IMG/VR virus record: IMGVR_UViG_3300011443_000039
Location: 1 to 33,760 of that record
From: a virus
Lineage: Duplodnaviria; Caudoviricetes
DNA: 33,760 nt
Direction: 5' to 3' (one strand)
Part shown: piece by piece, positions 15,967 through 24,678 of the stretch
Layout: every line of letters starts with the position of its first letter
Position numbering within the stretch: the first letter of the stretch is position 1
Position numbers and translations under genes: made by a program
Notes under the pieces: generated by a model
Told to the model about the DNA's origin: nothing
Seen by the model: the letters and a program-made list of their open reading frames with translations, nothing else
Databases searched by the model: none

Positions 15967-16175
15967 AACTTCTCCTCGCAGAAGGTGGGATCGGGCCGGC
16001 GCGGCATATGGAGCATTTCCGGAGTGCGCGCGACGTCCACGAGGGCCTTGCCGAGGTCGAGCGCCTGGGCGGTCGAGAGCTTGATGGGAGCGGCGAGCTT
16101 CAGTTCGACGAGCCACTCCCCGGAGTCTGTCTTAGCCGTATTGACGGTGTTGATTTCAAGTCCGTAGATTTCCAT
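15963..16175 (-). CDS. Hypothetical protein
   Basis: SD AAGGAGG before ATG 16175. Confidence 0.7.
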   Translation of the reverse strand: MEIYGLEINTVNTAKTDSGEWLVELKLAAPIKLSTAQALDLGKALVDVARTPEMLHMPRRPDPTFCEEKL

Positions 16176-16357
16176 TCGCGGTTCCTCCTTTTGGTGCGGA
16201 TGAGCGAGTACTGATTGCGCATGGCGAGGATGCGGTGAGGGCGCTCGGAGCCCGCGCGGCCGCAGGCCCCGCAACTTACACAGCAAAATTCGCTGGTGTC
16301 GGGAATGAGTGTTACTTCCCTTTCTGCGCAGACCGGGCACTTGAGGTTAGTAATCAT
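16100..16357 (-). CDS. Zinc-ribbon protein, Lar-like spacing
   Basis: LKCPVC...CVSCGACG; 76-nt 3' overlap with next gene lowers confidence. Confidence 0.45.
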   Translation of the reverse strand: MITNLKCPVCAEREVTLIPDTSEFCCVSCGACGRAGSERPHRILAMRNQYSLIRTKRRNREWKSTDLKSTPSIRLRQTPGSGSSN

Positions 16358-16532
16358 TCCAGGTGGACTCAGGCGGCGCTGCCGGTGTTACCTGCAGCGC
16401 GTCCCAGCACTCGGTGCCGGGGTTCCACATCATGGGCGTCTTACAGGTGATGCAGTGGTTAGGCACGCTCAGGGAGGCGAAGGCCGGCGCGTGTCCGAAC
16501 ACTTTGCAGCCGAGTTCCTTGAGAAACTTCAT
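16347..16532 (-). CDS. Small Cys/His protein
   Basis: ATGA overlap; CKVFGH...CITC. Confidence 0.6.
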   Translation of the reverse strand: MKFLKELGCKVFGHAPAFASLSVPNHCITCKTPMMWNPGTECWDALQVTPAAPPESTWNDY

Positions 16533-16729
16533 TTCTTTTTCCCTTGCGAGCGGGCATAGTCCATCGCCGCCTTCTGATGCATTTCGAGCAGGCTGAAGTC
16601 GGTCTTCGACATCGTGCCGTGGCTCGGGTTGTAGATGTCCACTTCGAGACGCGGTTTCATCACGCCGAGCGGGTCGATGGCTTGCGGCGTGGGATCCGAG
16701 TTACGGCAGCCGGGGCAGTGTTCGCTCAT
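16529..16729 (-). CDS. Hypothetical protein
   Basis: MSEHCPGC...; start uncertain (track extends to 16837). Confidence 0.5.
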   Translation of the reverse strand: MSEHCPGCRNSDPTPQAIDPLGVMKPRLEVDIYNPSHGTMSKTDFSLLEMHQKAAMDYARSQGKKK

Positions 16730-16812
16730 AAAACGCTTCCGTGGATGGAGCTGCGGGTCTGATAAAGCTAAGGCTTTGCTCTCCCCTGGCTTCACCGCGC
16801 CCCATCCATTCT

Positions 16813-16860
16813 GAGCGTACCCGTTTCTTTTGCGCAAAACAAGACCTTCGTGTTACGCTC
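16813..16860. promoter_or_regulatory. Divergent promoter region with palindrome
   Basis: TTTTGCGCAAAA at 16828-16839 flanked by outward-facing TACGCTC on both strands (16813-16819 -, 16854-16860 +); + strand TTGCGC-18nt-TACGCT. Confidence 0.55.
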
Positions 16861-16870
16861 GGGTTGTCGC

Positions 16871-16961
16871 TTCACCTCGACGTCGAGGGCCGCGGTAGCT
16901 GTCGCCAACTGCTGCCACGGTCCTCATCCCGTTTCAAAACGGAAGGTGATGACGAGGTGAA
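16871..16961 (+). promoter_or_regulatory. Structured 5' leader (three-way junction) sequestering the SD
   Basis: TTCACCTCGACGTC pairs with GATGACGAGGTGAA; inner stems GAGGGCCG/CGGTCCTC and CCGTTT/AAACGG. Confidence 0.55.
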
Positions 16962-16963
16962 AG

Positions 16964-17398
16964 ATGGCAAAACAGAAACCGAAGGCCGCGCCGGAGATGG
17001 AGGATCTGCCCGCGTGGGTGAAGACCTTCCTCGCCGCGCGCTTTGCCGGGGATAAGAAGGCGAAAGAGGATCCGCGCGAGTTTGTGATCCTCGAGCTCTC
17101 CCGCGATCAGGCCGCCACGCTGGCCGGGTGTCTGGCTAATTCGCACGCGCAGATGCTCCACATGCTCGACCCGCTGCTCAAGGACATGCCCAACCGGTGC
17201 GCGGCGCTGGCGGCGCTCGACATGATCCTTGAAACGGTGGAGCGGGCCGGGGAGATCGCGCGCATGCTGCCCGCTTCGGCTCCGCTCGAACTTTTCTCGA
17301 TCGTCGAGCGGGACTTGTATGAGAAGATCAACCGGCGCGCCGCCGACAACCAGCACACGCATGCCGACGAGGTCGAAGACCTCACGAAGGTGCATTAA
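16964..17398 (+). CDS. Hypothetical protein
   Basis: SD GAGGTGAA; TAATG coupling downstream. Confidence 0.75.
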   Translation: MAKQKPKAAPEMEDLPAWVKTFLAARFAGDKKAKEDPREFVILELSRDQAATLAGCLANSHAQMLHMLDPLLKDMPNRCAALAALDMILETVERAGEIARMLPASAPLELFSIVERDLYEKINRRAADNQHTHADEVEDLTKVH

Positions 17399-17925
17399 TG
17401 CTGAGTGCCAGCGACAAGGCATTCTTAAAGGCGATCGGCGTCTCCGAGGACGTCGTCGCTCCGGCTTCGAAGCGCCTCGGCGGCTATCACGCGGTGTACG
17501 AGACGTGTCCCGAGTGCGGGGCCAAGCGCCATCGCTTCCTCGACAACGGCATGATCTTCTGTCTTTCCTGCGCGGCGCGCAAGCAGCGGGATCAGGCCCT
17601 CCGGGACGCTCAGGTAGCCGCCTTGATTCAGCAGGCATATGACCGGGCAATCGCCCGGGCAGACCAGGACGATGGGCCTATCGTTCACCGGGGCTTCGAG
17701 ATCCGGCGCATTGAAGGGACCGGCTGGTGTTTCCGCCGGCCCGGGGAGCTCTGGACGAAGGCCCATTCGCGCCGGGATGCCTTAATCAGTATCGAACGGC
17801 TCGTGGGGCCGCTCGTCTACGAGGAGCCCTACCCGTTTGTCCCCGCCAATAAGTGCCGCGAGTGCGGCGAGCCGTGCGGGGAGCTACGCTGGTGCGGGCC
17901 CTGCGGAAAGGCGAAGTTTTTATGA
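17398..17925 (+). CDS. Multi-zinc-finger hypothetical protein
   Basis: CPEC...CLSC and CREC...CGPC. Confidence 0.7.
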   Translation: MLSASDKAFLKAIGVSEDVVAPASKRLGGYHAVYETCPECGAKRHRFLDNGMIFCLSCAARKQRDQALRDAQVAALIQQAYDRAIARADQDDGPIVHRGFEIRRIEGTGWCFRRPGELWTKAHSRRDALISIERLVGPLVYEEPYPFVPANKCRECGEPCGELRWCGPCGKAKFL

Positions 17926-18215
17926 GAATCAGCGGGGCCGACCAACAGATCGCCGAGTGGCGCGACCGCTACGACGAGATGAAGCACAGCGAACGGATGG
18001 CGGTGCGCGCCAACATTGAGCTCCAGAAGGCGATCGGCAAGGAGCGCGATCAGGTGGAGCGGTTGCGCAACGCGCTCTTCGTGCTCAACGCGCGGTTCCA
18101 TTCGGTCTGCAACTCGATCGGCCCGCATGTGTCGGCTATGTACCTGGAAGATCTGAAAGAAGTGAAAGAACTTCTTTCGGGTGGTACGATCTCCTCGAAG
18201 GAGCCAACGCTTTGA
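17922..18215 (+). CDS. Coiled-coil hypothetical protein
   Basis: ATGA overlap at 17922-17925. Confidence 0.65.
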   Translation: MRISGADQQIAEWRDRYDEMKHSERMAVRANIELQKAIGKERDQVERLRNALFVLNARFHSVCNSIGPHVSAMYLEDLKEVKELLSGGTISSKEPTL

Positions 18216-18961
18216 GCCCTACTTATCACGAACCCGAGCCCCACGTCTTCCGCGATCCAAACGATCCCAATCTCAATCTCGATCCCAACGCCGATCCCAA
18301 TCTCCCGTACGATCCGCGAGCCGCCGTGGAGCCGCGCGTGGAGCCGCTCGCCGTCGATCCGCCCACCGCCCAACAGTTGACCGCTTTGCTCGTGGCCATC
18401 CGGCGCATCGCGCCGGGGAGCGCGCGGCGCGTCGTCGAAATCATCGACACCTTCGCTCTCCACTATTACCCCGATGGCCTGCCCGAAATTCCCCCCACGG
18501 TCGAGCCGCCGCCTATTGAGACGTCCACTTTCAACCTCCTGGCCTCTGATCTCATGGCCCTGATGTCCGGTTTCGCGGTAGTCTATCCCACCGCCGGGGG
18601 AACGGTCGAATTCCTGGGGTGCGAGCTCGCCTACACGTTCGGCACGCTTCCCTTTGACGCGCTGGCCGGCACGTTCAGCGTGCGCAGCCAGGGCGGAACC
18701 ACCATTTCCGATGGCTGCGCGGGAACGGGATTCATCGATCAACTGGTGAGCGGGACCGGGTCGATCGCTCCGCTGGCCGGGCCCTGGAATATCGGCGCCG
18801 TCGATGCGCCGCTCGAACTGGCGTACCTGCCGAGCAATATGACGGGCGGCGACGGAACGGTCGAAGTCGTCACCAGCTACCGCAAATGGCCGGCCGGGAC
18901 CGCTCCCTCCGCGGCCGCTGCCGGATTGTCGATTCCCCCGTTTAAGTTTGGAGTTGCCTAA
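18212..18961 (+). CDS. Hypothetical protein: DPN repeats, helical module, beta-rich C-terminal domain
   Basis: TTGA overlap, SD AAGGAG. Confidence 0.75.
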   Translation: MSPTYHEPEPHVFRDPNDPNLNLDPNADPNLPYDPRAAVEPRVEPLAVDPPTAQQLTALLVAIRRIAPGSARRVVEIIDTFALHYYPDGLPEIPPTVEPPPIETSTFNLLASDLMALMSGFAVVYPTAGGTVEFLGCELAYTFGTLPFDALAGTFSVRSQGGTTISDGCAGTGFIDQLVSGTGSIAPLAGPWNIGAVDAPLELAYLPSNMTGGDGTVEVVTSYRKWPAGTAPSAAAAGLSIPPFKFGVA

Positions 18962-19167
18962 TGCCTGAAGAAACTATCGAAGAAACCGTGCGCGTCGAAG
19001 AACGCGAAGTCCTGCCGCCGCCCACCATCGAGGAACTGCACACGTTCCTCCTCAAGGTGCGCGAGGCCGCTTATATCTCCGCGCTCCAGACCGCCGTCCT
19101 GATCGACGACTGGATGGAGAAGTACCCGCTGCCGCCGCCGCCCGAAGCCGACGTGGAAGCGGTCTAA
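18961..19167 (+). CDS. Small protein resembling the helical module of 18212-18961
   Basis: TAATG overlap, SD GGAG. Confidence 0.7.
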   Translation: MPEETIEETVRVEEREVLPPPTIEELHTFLLKVREAAYISALQTAVLIDDWMEKYPLPPPPEADVEAV

Positions 19168-19274
19168 CCGATTCCGGCCGGCAGGTTCCTTCCGTCGCCG
19201 GAGCCAACTATACGAGGCGCGGCATGGTGTCCGGACGACCCGTGCCGCGTCGTTGGCTTTATACTCCCTGGTAA

Positions 19275-21251
19275 GTGCCGCGTCCGAACAAACCCCACCA
19301 ACCCCAGCCCGCCGTGCCGCTCACGATGGAGCAGATGGCGCTCCAGATCGGTTCCTACAACCGCACCAAATTCATTTACAACGAGCAACTGATCTGGGAA
19401 GCCAACCCAGGCATGCAGGAGCAGATTTTCTATTGGTCGAGCCCGGACGGCGTCGTCTTTTACGACCCGGTCACGCTCGCGCCGCAGGCTCCGGACAAGC
19501 GCTACATCTGCGATGAGATTCTCGCAGGCGGGCCGCGCGGCGGCGGCAAAACGAGCGCCGGGATTGCCTGGGCCGCGCTCTACGTCCACAACCCGAAGTA
19601 CGTGGGCACGCTCCTGCGCCTGAGTAACGAGGCGATGAAAGAGACGATCGAAAAAGCGTGGGCGATCTACCGATTGATGGGGGCCGTGAAGAAGGGCAAC
19701 CCGGTCTCGTTCCTGTTTCCCACGGGGGCGATGATTTACACCGGCTATCTCAAGGACGAAGCCTCGTTCGAGCAATATCGCGGCCATGAGTATCATAGGG
19801 TGGTCATCGAGGAAGCCGAGCAGATCAAAAGCGAGGCTCTCTATGCCGCAATCCTGTCGTCGAATCGCACCACGGTGCCGGGGTTGCGCCCGCAGATCCT
19901 GCTGACGGCGAATCCGGACGGGCCCGGCGCGGCCTGGCTGAAAGCCCGGTTTGTGAAAGTGCGGCGCTCCTCTAACGGCGAGTTATTTCCCTACGGTACG
20001 CCGATGTACGACCCGCATAGCAGGCGATGCAAGATCTACTTACACGGGCCGCTCAAGGATAATCCGCAATTACTCGCCCAGGATCCGCATTATGCCGACC
20101 GCCTGAATGATCCCTCGCACCCGGAGTCCCGGCGCAAGGCGTGGATCGACGGCGACTGGGACATCAGCGCGGGCATGTTCTATCCGTCGTTCCGGCCGCG
20201 CGCGATCTCTTCAGAGCTCCAGGATTTTCCCGAGGCGTTTCACGTCATCCCCAGTTACACGATCCCGGGCTGGTGCCATCGCTGGCTGTCGGTCGACTGG
20301 GGCCACCAGCACCATTCCGCCGTTTACTGGTATGCGCTCGCGCCGGACAAACGCATCCATGTCGAAGACGAATTAGTGGTGGCTGGTTACGGGGCCGACG
20401 AGCTCGGCGCCGAGATCGCGCGGCGCTCGCTTCCCAAGCTCGAGCGGATGAAACAGCCGCGGCTGCGCTGTTACCTGAGCCCGGACGCTTTTCAGGTTCG
20501 CGACAAAGACCACATGATCTCGGATCAGATCGCGTACGGCGTCCAGCGCATTCTGGGCCCGGGAAGCTCGCTGATCATGGAGTTCACGCCGCAGGAACTG
20601 GCGGTGTCGAAGAGTGACCCGCAGGCGGCGATGAAGATGCGCGAGGACCGCCTCGCGACGGGCGAGATCGAGGGATCGTCGATCTGGTTCACGCGCGCCA
20701 ACAACTCGCGCGAGGCCGGCTGGGAGTACCTGCGTGGGCTATTCCGCTACCAGCCGCTGCGGCGCAAGGCCGAGCCCGATCACGACTACGCCGACTCCAT
20801 CCTCAAGAACAAGGGCATCATCGCCTACCAGAAATATATGGCGATGTTCGCCGAGGAGCACAACGAGGTTCTGCCCCGCATCCGCTTCCACGATAAGTGC
20901 CAGATCTTAATTGAAACCATTCCCAAGCTGATCTCGGACTACCCCACCAACCCCGAAGACGTCAAGAAGTTCGATAGCTCCGAGACGACGATCGGCGACG
21001 ACCCCGCCGACTCGCTGCGGTACGGCTGCATGGGCTTCAAAGATTATGAATCGAAGGTGCCCCGGGAGGTGTATATCGAGGAGGAGATCGCGCGGATTGC
21101 CAACTCAAACCCGCAAGACCAAGACTTCAATATGAAGATCCTGATCGCCAGGATGGCCCAGGAGCGTTACGATAAGCAAAACAATGCGAGCGAATCTTGT
21201 ATTTTGATTCGTGACGCTATGCTAGTCCGGAAAGGCCAGATCATCACATGA
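19275..21251 (+). CDS. terL: Terminase large subunit
   Basis: Walker A GGPRGGGKT, Walker B VVIEEAEQ, coupling motif TANP, nuclease VDWG and DDPADSLRY. Confidence 0.92.
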   Translation: MPRPNKPHQPQPAVPLTMEQMALQIGSYNRTKFIYNEQLIWEANPGMQEQIFYWSSPDGVVFYDPVTLAPQAPDKRYICDEILAGGPRGGGKTSAGIAWAALYVHNPKYVGTLLRLSNEAMKETIEKAWAIYRLMGAVKKGNPVSFLFPTGAMIYTGYLKDEASFEQYRGHEYHRVVIEEAEQIKSEALYAAILSSNRTTVPGLRPQILLTANPDGPGAAWLKARFVKVRRSSNGELFPYGTPMYDPHSRRCKIYLHGPLKDNPQLLAQDPHYADRLNDPSHPESRRKAWIDGDWDISAGMFYPSFRPRAISSELQDFPEAFHVIPSYTIPGWCHRWLSVDWGHQHHSAVYWYALAPDKRIHVEDELVVAGYGADELGAEIARRSLPKLERMKQPRLRCYLSPDAFQVRDKDHMISDQIAYGVQRILGPGSSLIMEFTPQELAVSKSDPQAAMKMREDRLATGEIEGSSIWFTRANNSREAGWEYLRGLFRYQPLRRKAEPDHDYADSILKNKGIIAYQKYMAMFAEEHNEVLPRIRFHDKCQILIETIPKLISDYPTNPEDVKKFDSSETTIGDDPADSLRYGCMGFKDYESKVPREVYIEEEIARIANSNPQDQDFNMKILIARMAQERYDKQNNASESCILIRDAMLVRKGQIIT

Positions 21252-21613
21252 GCCCATCAATGGACGAAGAGTTAGGAGCGCCGCCGACCTCCCTCGAGGC
21301 CCCGCCCGCCCCGCCTACACCGCCGCGATCGACGGCGGCCGGCACCGCACCCAAGCTCGGCATGACGTCGATCTCGCCCGAATCGGTCAACTACACCACC
21401 GCCGCCGAGCGGTGCGAAACCTGCGAGCACTTCGATGAAGAGCAGATGTACTGCAACCTGAACAAATTCGACGCCGAGCCCGAAGGCCACTGCGATAAGT
21501 TCGAACTGCTCGGTTCCGCCGCTGGCGGCGGCGGCGAGGAGATTCCGGACGAGGAGATGCCCTTCGAGGAAGAGACCGAGCTCCCCGAAGAAGAAGCCGA
21601 AGAAGAGTACTAA
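21248..21613 (+). CDS. Acidic protein with HiPIP-like Cys4 motif
   Basis: VNY...CETCEHF......C........EGHCDKF. Confidence 0.6.
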   Translation: MSPSMDEELGAPPTSLEAPPAPPTPPRSTAAGTAPKLGMTSISPESVNYTTAAERCETCEHFDEEQMYCNLNKFDAEPEGHCDKFELLGSAAGGGGEEIPDEEMPFEEETELPEEEAEEEY

Positions 21614-21618
21614 GCGCG

Positions 21619-21999
21619 ATGCAGCCCGGCTGGTGGTCCTCGCTCCTCATGATGATTCCGGGCGTGCGCGCGGCCTACGCGCTTGCCGAGCAGAAGCGCC
21701 TGGAGGCCGCGCACTTCCAGGGACAGATCCTCGCCATGCAATCGCGGCTCGACGCGCTCTCGCTTGAACGCCACGAGCTCACCCGCGAGAAAGACAACGC
21801 CTACAAGCTGGTGGTGAATGTGTTCAGCCAGTATGCGTGGGGCATCAAGCAGTTTGAAGAGGTCGGCGGGATGCCGCCGCAGTTTCACCCGCAGGAAGGT
21901 GCCGTCGCGCCCGAATCGGTCAACGCCAGCGCAATCGTGGCGAAGCGCTCGGGCCGGGCGATGGAAGAGTTCCTGGCCGCGCACGCAGGGAGCGAATAG
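21619..21999 (+). CDS. Coiled-coil hypothetical protein
   Basis: 126 aa between terL and portal. Confidence 0.7.
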   Translation: MQPGWWSSLLMMIPGVRAAYALAEQKRLEAAHFQGQILAMQSRLDALSLERHELTREKDNAYKLVVNVFSQYAWGIKQFEEVGGMPPQFHPQEGAVAPESVNASAIVAKRSGRAMEEFLAAHAGSE

Positions 22000-22413
22000 A
22001 TGGCCGAGTACAACGGACGCCCGATCACCCGCTACGGCTCACCGGCCACTAAGTTCAACACGCCGCTTTCCTGGGATGAGGAATTGAAGTTCCAGAAGCA
22101 CAAAGAAATCTATTCGCCCCACGATTCGGGCGAGGACTACGACGAGCGCGGTGCCTTCCTCTACGGTCAGAAAGCCAACCAGCAACTCAAGCAGCACGGC
22201 AACGACCTGTGGAAGAAGACCAACCATCCGACGCAGTCCGACGAGAGCCTCTACGCTGGCTTCGGCCCCGCCGGGAAGTGGCTGGAGCACGGCGGCTACG
22301 TGCCGCACGGGGGACTCCTCAAAGCCAAGCTCAAAGACGACATCGCCGCCGCCGACCCGCGTAACCAGCCAACTATGCGGGCGCGGCACGCCTGGGAGAT
22401 CGACAAGAAGTGA
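22000..22413 (+). CDS. Hypothetical protein
   Basis: SD GGGAG, abuts upstream stop; DYD.RG...H..D.WKK.NHPT.SDES.Y. Confidence 0.75.
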   Translation: MAEYNGRPITRYGSPATKFNTPLSWDEELKFQKHKEIYSPHDSGEDYDERGAFLYGQKANQQLKQHGNDLWKKTNHPTQSDESLYAGFGPAGKWLEHGGYVPHGGLLKAKLKDDIAAADPRNQPTMRARHAWEIDKK

Positions 22414-24665
22414 TCGCCGACACCGATTCAAAGACAGTGACGACGCCTGCCGACTTCGTCGAGGTCCATGCGGATAAGCTCGGCAAGTGGATCACCGAGG
22501 ATCTCGACCGGCCGCTCTCGGCGGCGCGCACCGCGCAACTCCTGCGGGCGAAAAGAGCCCTCTACTACTGGGAGGGAAAACAGTATGGGCATCTCAAATA
22601 CGATTCGCATTTGGGGAGTTTTGATTGGGTGCCGTTCGACTTCAAAGAGGAAGTCCAAAGGGTTTTTGCGAACGTCTACAACATCGTTTTTTCGGACGGC
22701 CAGAAGTTCAACAGCTTAGTGGGCCAGCGGAGATTGAACCAGAAAGCGGTCGCCAACGACGCGCAGAATTTCACCCAGACCCAGACGGCGGCGCGGGCCA
22801 ACACGATGGCGCGGCACTTACTCAGGTATTGGAAGCTGCAGCGCCGGGCTCCGAATGAGATCGCCGAAGTCATGTGGAACACCGGCCCCTGCTTCGGCTT
22901 CGTCGATCACGTCATCAATGGCCGGATCCACGGGTTTCACTCCGAGCCGATCTACGAAATCGAACAGGCGCAGGCCCCGGGTGAAGTGGTGTGCAATTAC
23001 TGCGGCGGCAAGAGCCCGGAGGGCAGCCCCCAGTGCCAGAACTGCATGGCCCCGATCGATCCCACCGCGGCGGTCATTCCCGGGCCGCTGGTCGATCAGC
23101 CGGTCCAGAAGGGCGAAATGGAATATGCCAAGGGCATGCCCGAACTGCAGTTGCTCTCCTGCGTCCAGGTGATGGTTCCCAACGAAGCAAAGTGGATCGA
23201 CGACGACTGCGAGTGGCTCGACTACTCCTACCCGCTCTCGAAGTCGAAGGCCAAACTGGTCCTGCAGCGGCTCAATGCCGCCAAGAAAGATCTGTCGCCG
23301 CTCAACGACTGGGATACCGATGAGAACGTGGCCGAAGCGGGCCGCATCCTCGAAGAGATTCAAAATCCCAACGACCGCACCACCGACCGCCCGCAGGAAA
23401 CGGTGAGCTATGGCAGAAGGTGGCTCAACCCGAAATCGTACGACGGCATGCCGCGCGACATCCGCCGGGCCGCCGAGAAGCTCTACCCGGACGGCTGCCT
23501 CATTCACCGGATGGGTGGCCGGCCCGTGGCGGCCGATCCGGCCAAGATGACCGAGCACTGGAGCGTCTGTAAAACGGGCACCAATTGCTATATCAACGGG
23601 CCCGGCCTCGTCCAGAACGTGATGGGCCAGCAGGACTCGATCAACAATTTCTGGAACATGGCCGATGAAATAATCATGCGGTCGATCCCGAAGCACATCG
23701 TCGACTCGCAGATCTTGAACCCGGAGACCGTGAAGAAATCCGGCACGGTCAACGAGCTCCTCTTCACCAGGACCGGCGGCGTCGATCTCTCGAAGGCGTT
23801 CGTGACGATCCCCACGGCCCAGATCCATCAGGCCATGATGCCGGTCGCGGAGATGATGCGCCAGTACACGCGCGAGGCCGACAACATTCAGCCGGCCCTT
23901 TTCGGCGGCGGCGACCCGGCTCCGACCTGGCGGCAGGATCAGCAACAAAAAGCCGGGGCGTTGCAGGGATTGCAATTGCCCTTCGAGGGGATGCAGAACT
24001 TCGTCAGCGACATTTTGGAGGACGGCATCCGCCTGGGCGCGCGTCACGGCGTGGGCGAGGTATCGGTGCCAACGAGCGGCTTCGGTGAGATCGGCGAGTC
24101 GATCGATCTGGCCGATCTCGAGGAAGAGGGCTGGCACATCGAGGCCGCCGACACCGCACCGCAGAGCTTCAACGAGAAGGTAACGAAGTTGTCCGGCCTC
24201 TCCCAGGAAGCGCCGCAGCTCGCGCAATCGATCGGCCTGGGGCATCCCATCAACGCCGGCCAAACGAAAGCGTATTTCGGCGTCGACGACTTCTATGCGC
24301 CCGGCGAATTCCTGTTCAACATGGTGATGACGCGCATCCAGAAACTCCTCGCCGAGCCATCGCTTCCGCCGCAGATGGACGAGCTCGGCCAGCCCCTGGT
24401 CGACCCGATGACCGGGATACCGGCGGTCGAAACCAGTTCGATCCCGATCGATCCTTTCCTCGATCAGGACCATACGACCATCGCCATGATCATTCGCGAA
24501 TGGTGCATGTCGCCCGCCGGTCAGCAGGCATCCGAAGACCCGGCGCAGTACTTCAATAACGTGAAATTACACGGGCAGGAACAGGACGCCGCGGCGCAGG
24601 CGCTGATGATGCAGCAGGCGATGGCGGCGGCCCCGCCGGAAGAATCTGCAGCGCCGCCTGCGTAA
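22410..24665 (+). CDS. Portal protein with zinc-ribbon insertion
   Basis: 751 aa after terL; early YYWEGKQ motif; Q/M/A/P-rich C-terminus; synteny. Confidence 0.8.
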   Translation: MIADTDSKTVTTPADFVEVHADKLGKWITEDLDRPLSAARTAQLLRAKRALYYWEGKQYGHLKYDSHLGSFDWVPFDFKEEVQRVFANVYNIVFSDGQKFNSLVGQRRLNQKAVANDAQNFTQTQTAARANTMARHLLRYWKLQRRAPNEIAEVMWNTGPCFGFVDHVINGRIHGFHSEPIYEIEQAQAPGEVVCNYCGGKSPEGSPQCQNCMAPIDPTAAVIPGPLVDQPVQKGEMEYAKGMPELQLLSCVQVMVPNEAKWIDDDCEWLDYSYPLSKSKAKLVLQRLNAAKKDLSPLNDWDTDENVAEAGRILEEIQNPNDRTTDRPQETVSYGRRWLNPKSYDGMPRDIRRAAEKLYPDGCLIHRMGGRPVAADPAKMTEHWSVCKTGTNCYINGPGLVQNVMGQQDSINNFWNMADEIIMRSIPKHIVDSQILNPETVKKSGTVNELLFTRTGGVDLSKAFVTIPTAQIHQAMMPVAEMMRQYTREADNIQPALFGGGDPAPTWRQDQQQKAGALQGLQLPFEGMQNFVSDILEDGIRLGARHGVGEVSVPTSGFGEIGESIDLADLEEEGWHIEAADTAPQSFNEKVTKLSGLSQEAPQLAQSIGLGHPINAGQTKAYFGVDDFYAPGEFLFNMVMTRIQKLLAEPSLPPQMDELGQPLVDPMTGIPAVETSSIPIDPFLDQDHTTIAMIIREWCMSPAGQQASEDPAQYFNNVKLHGQEQDAAAQALMMQQAMAAAPPEESAAPPA

Positions 24666-24678
24666 AGTCATGTTATAA

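Noticed and set aside
16871-16961. Hammerhead ribozyme
   Set aside because: Three-way junction present, but the core reads GGGATGAG...CTCGACG (-) or GTGATGA...GAAA without stem II (+), not CTGANGA...GAAA
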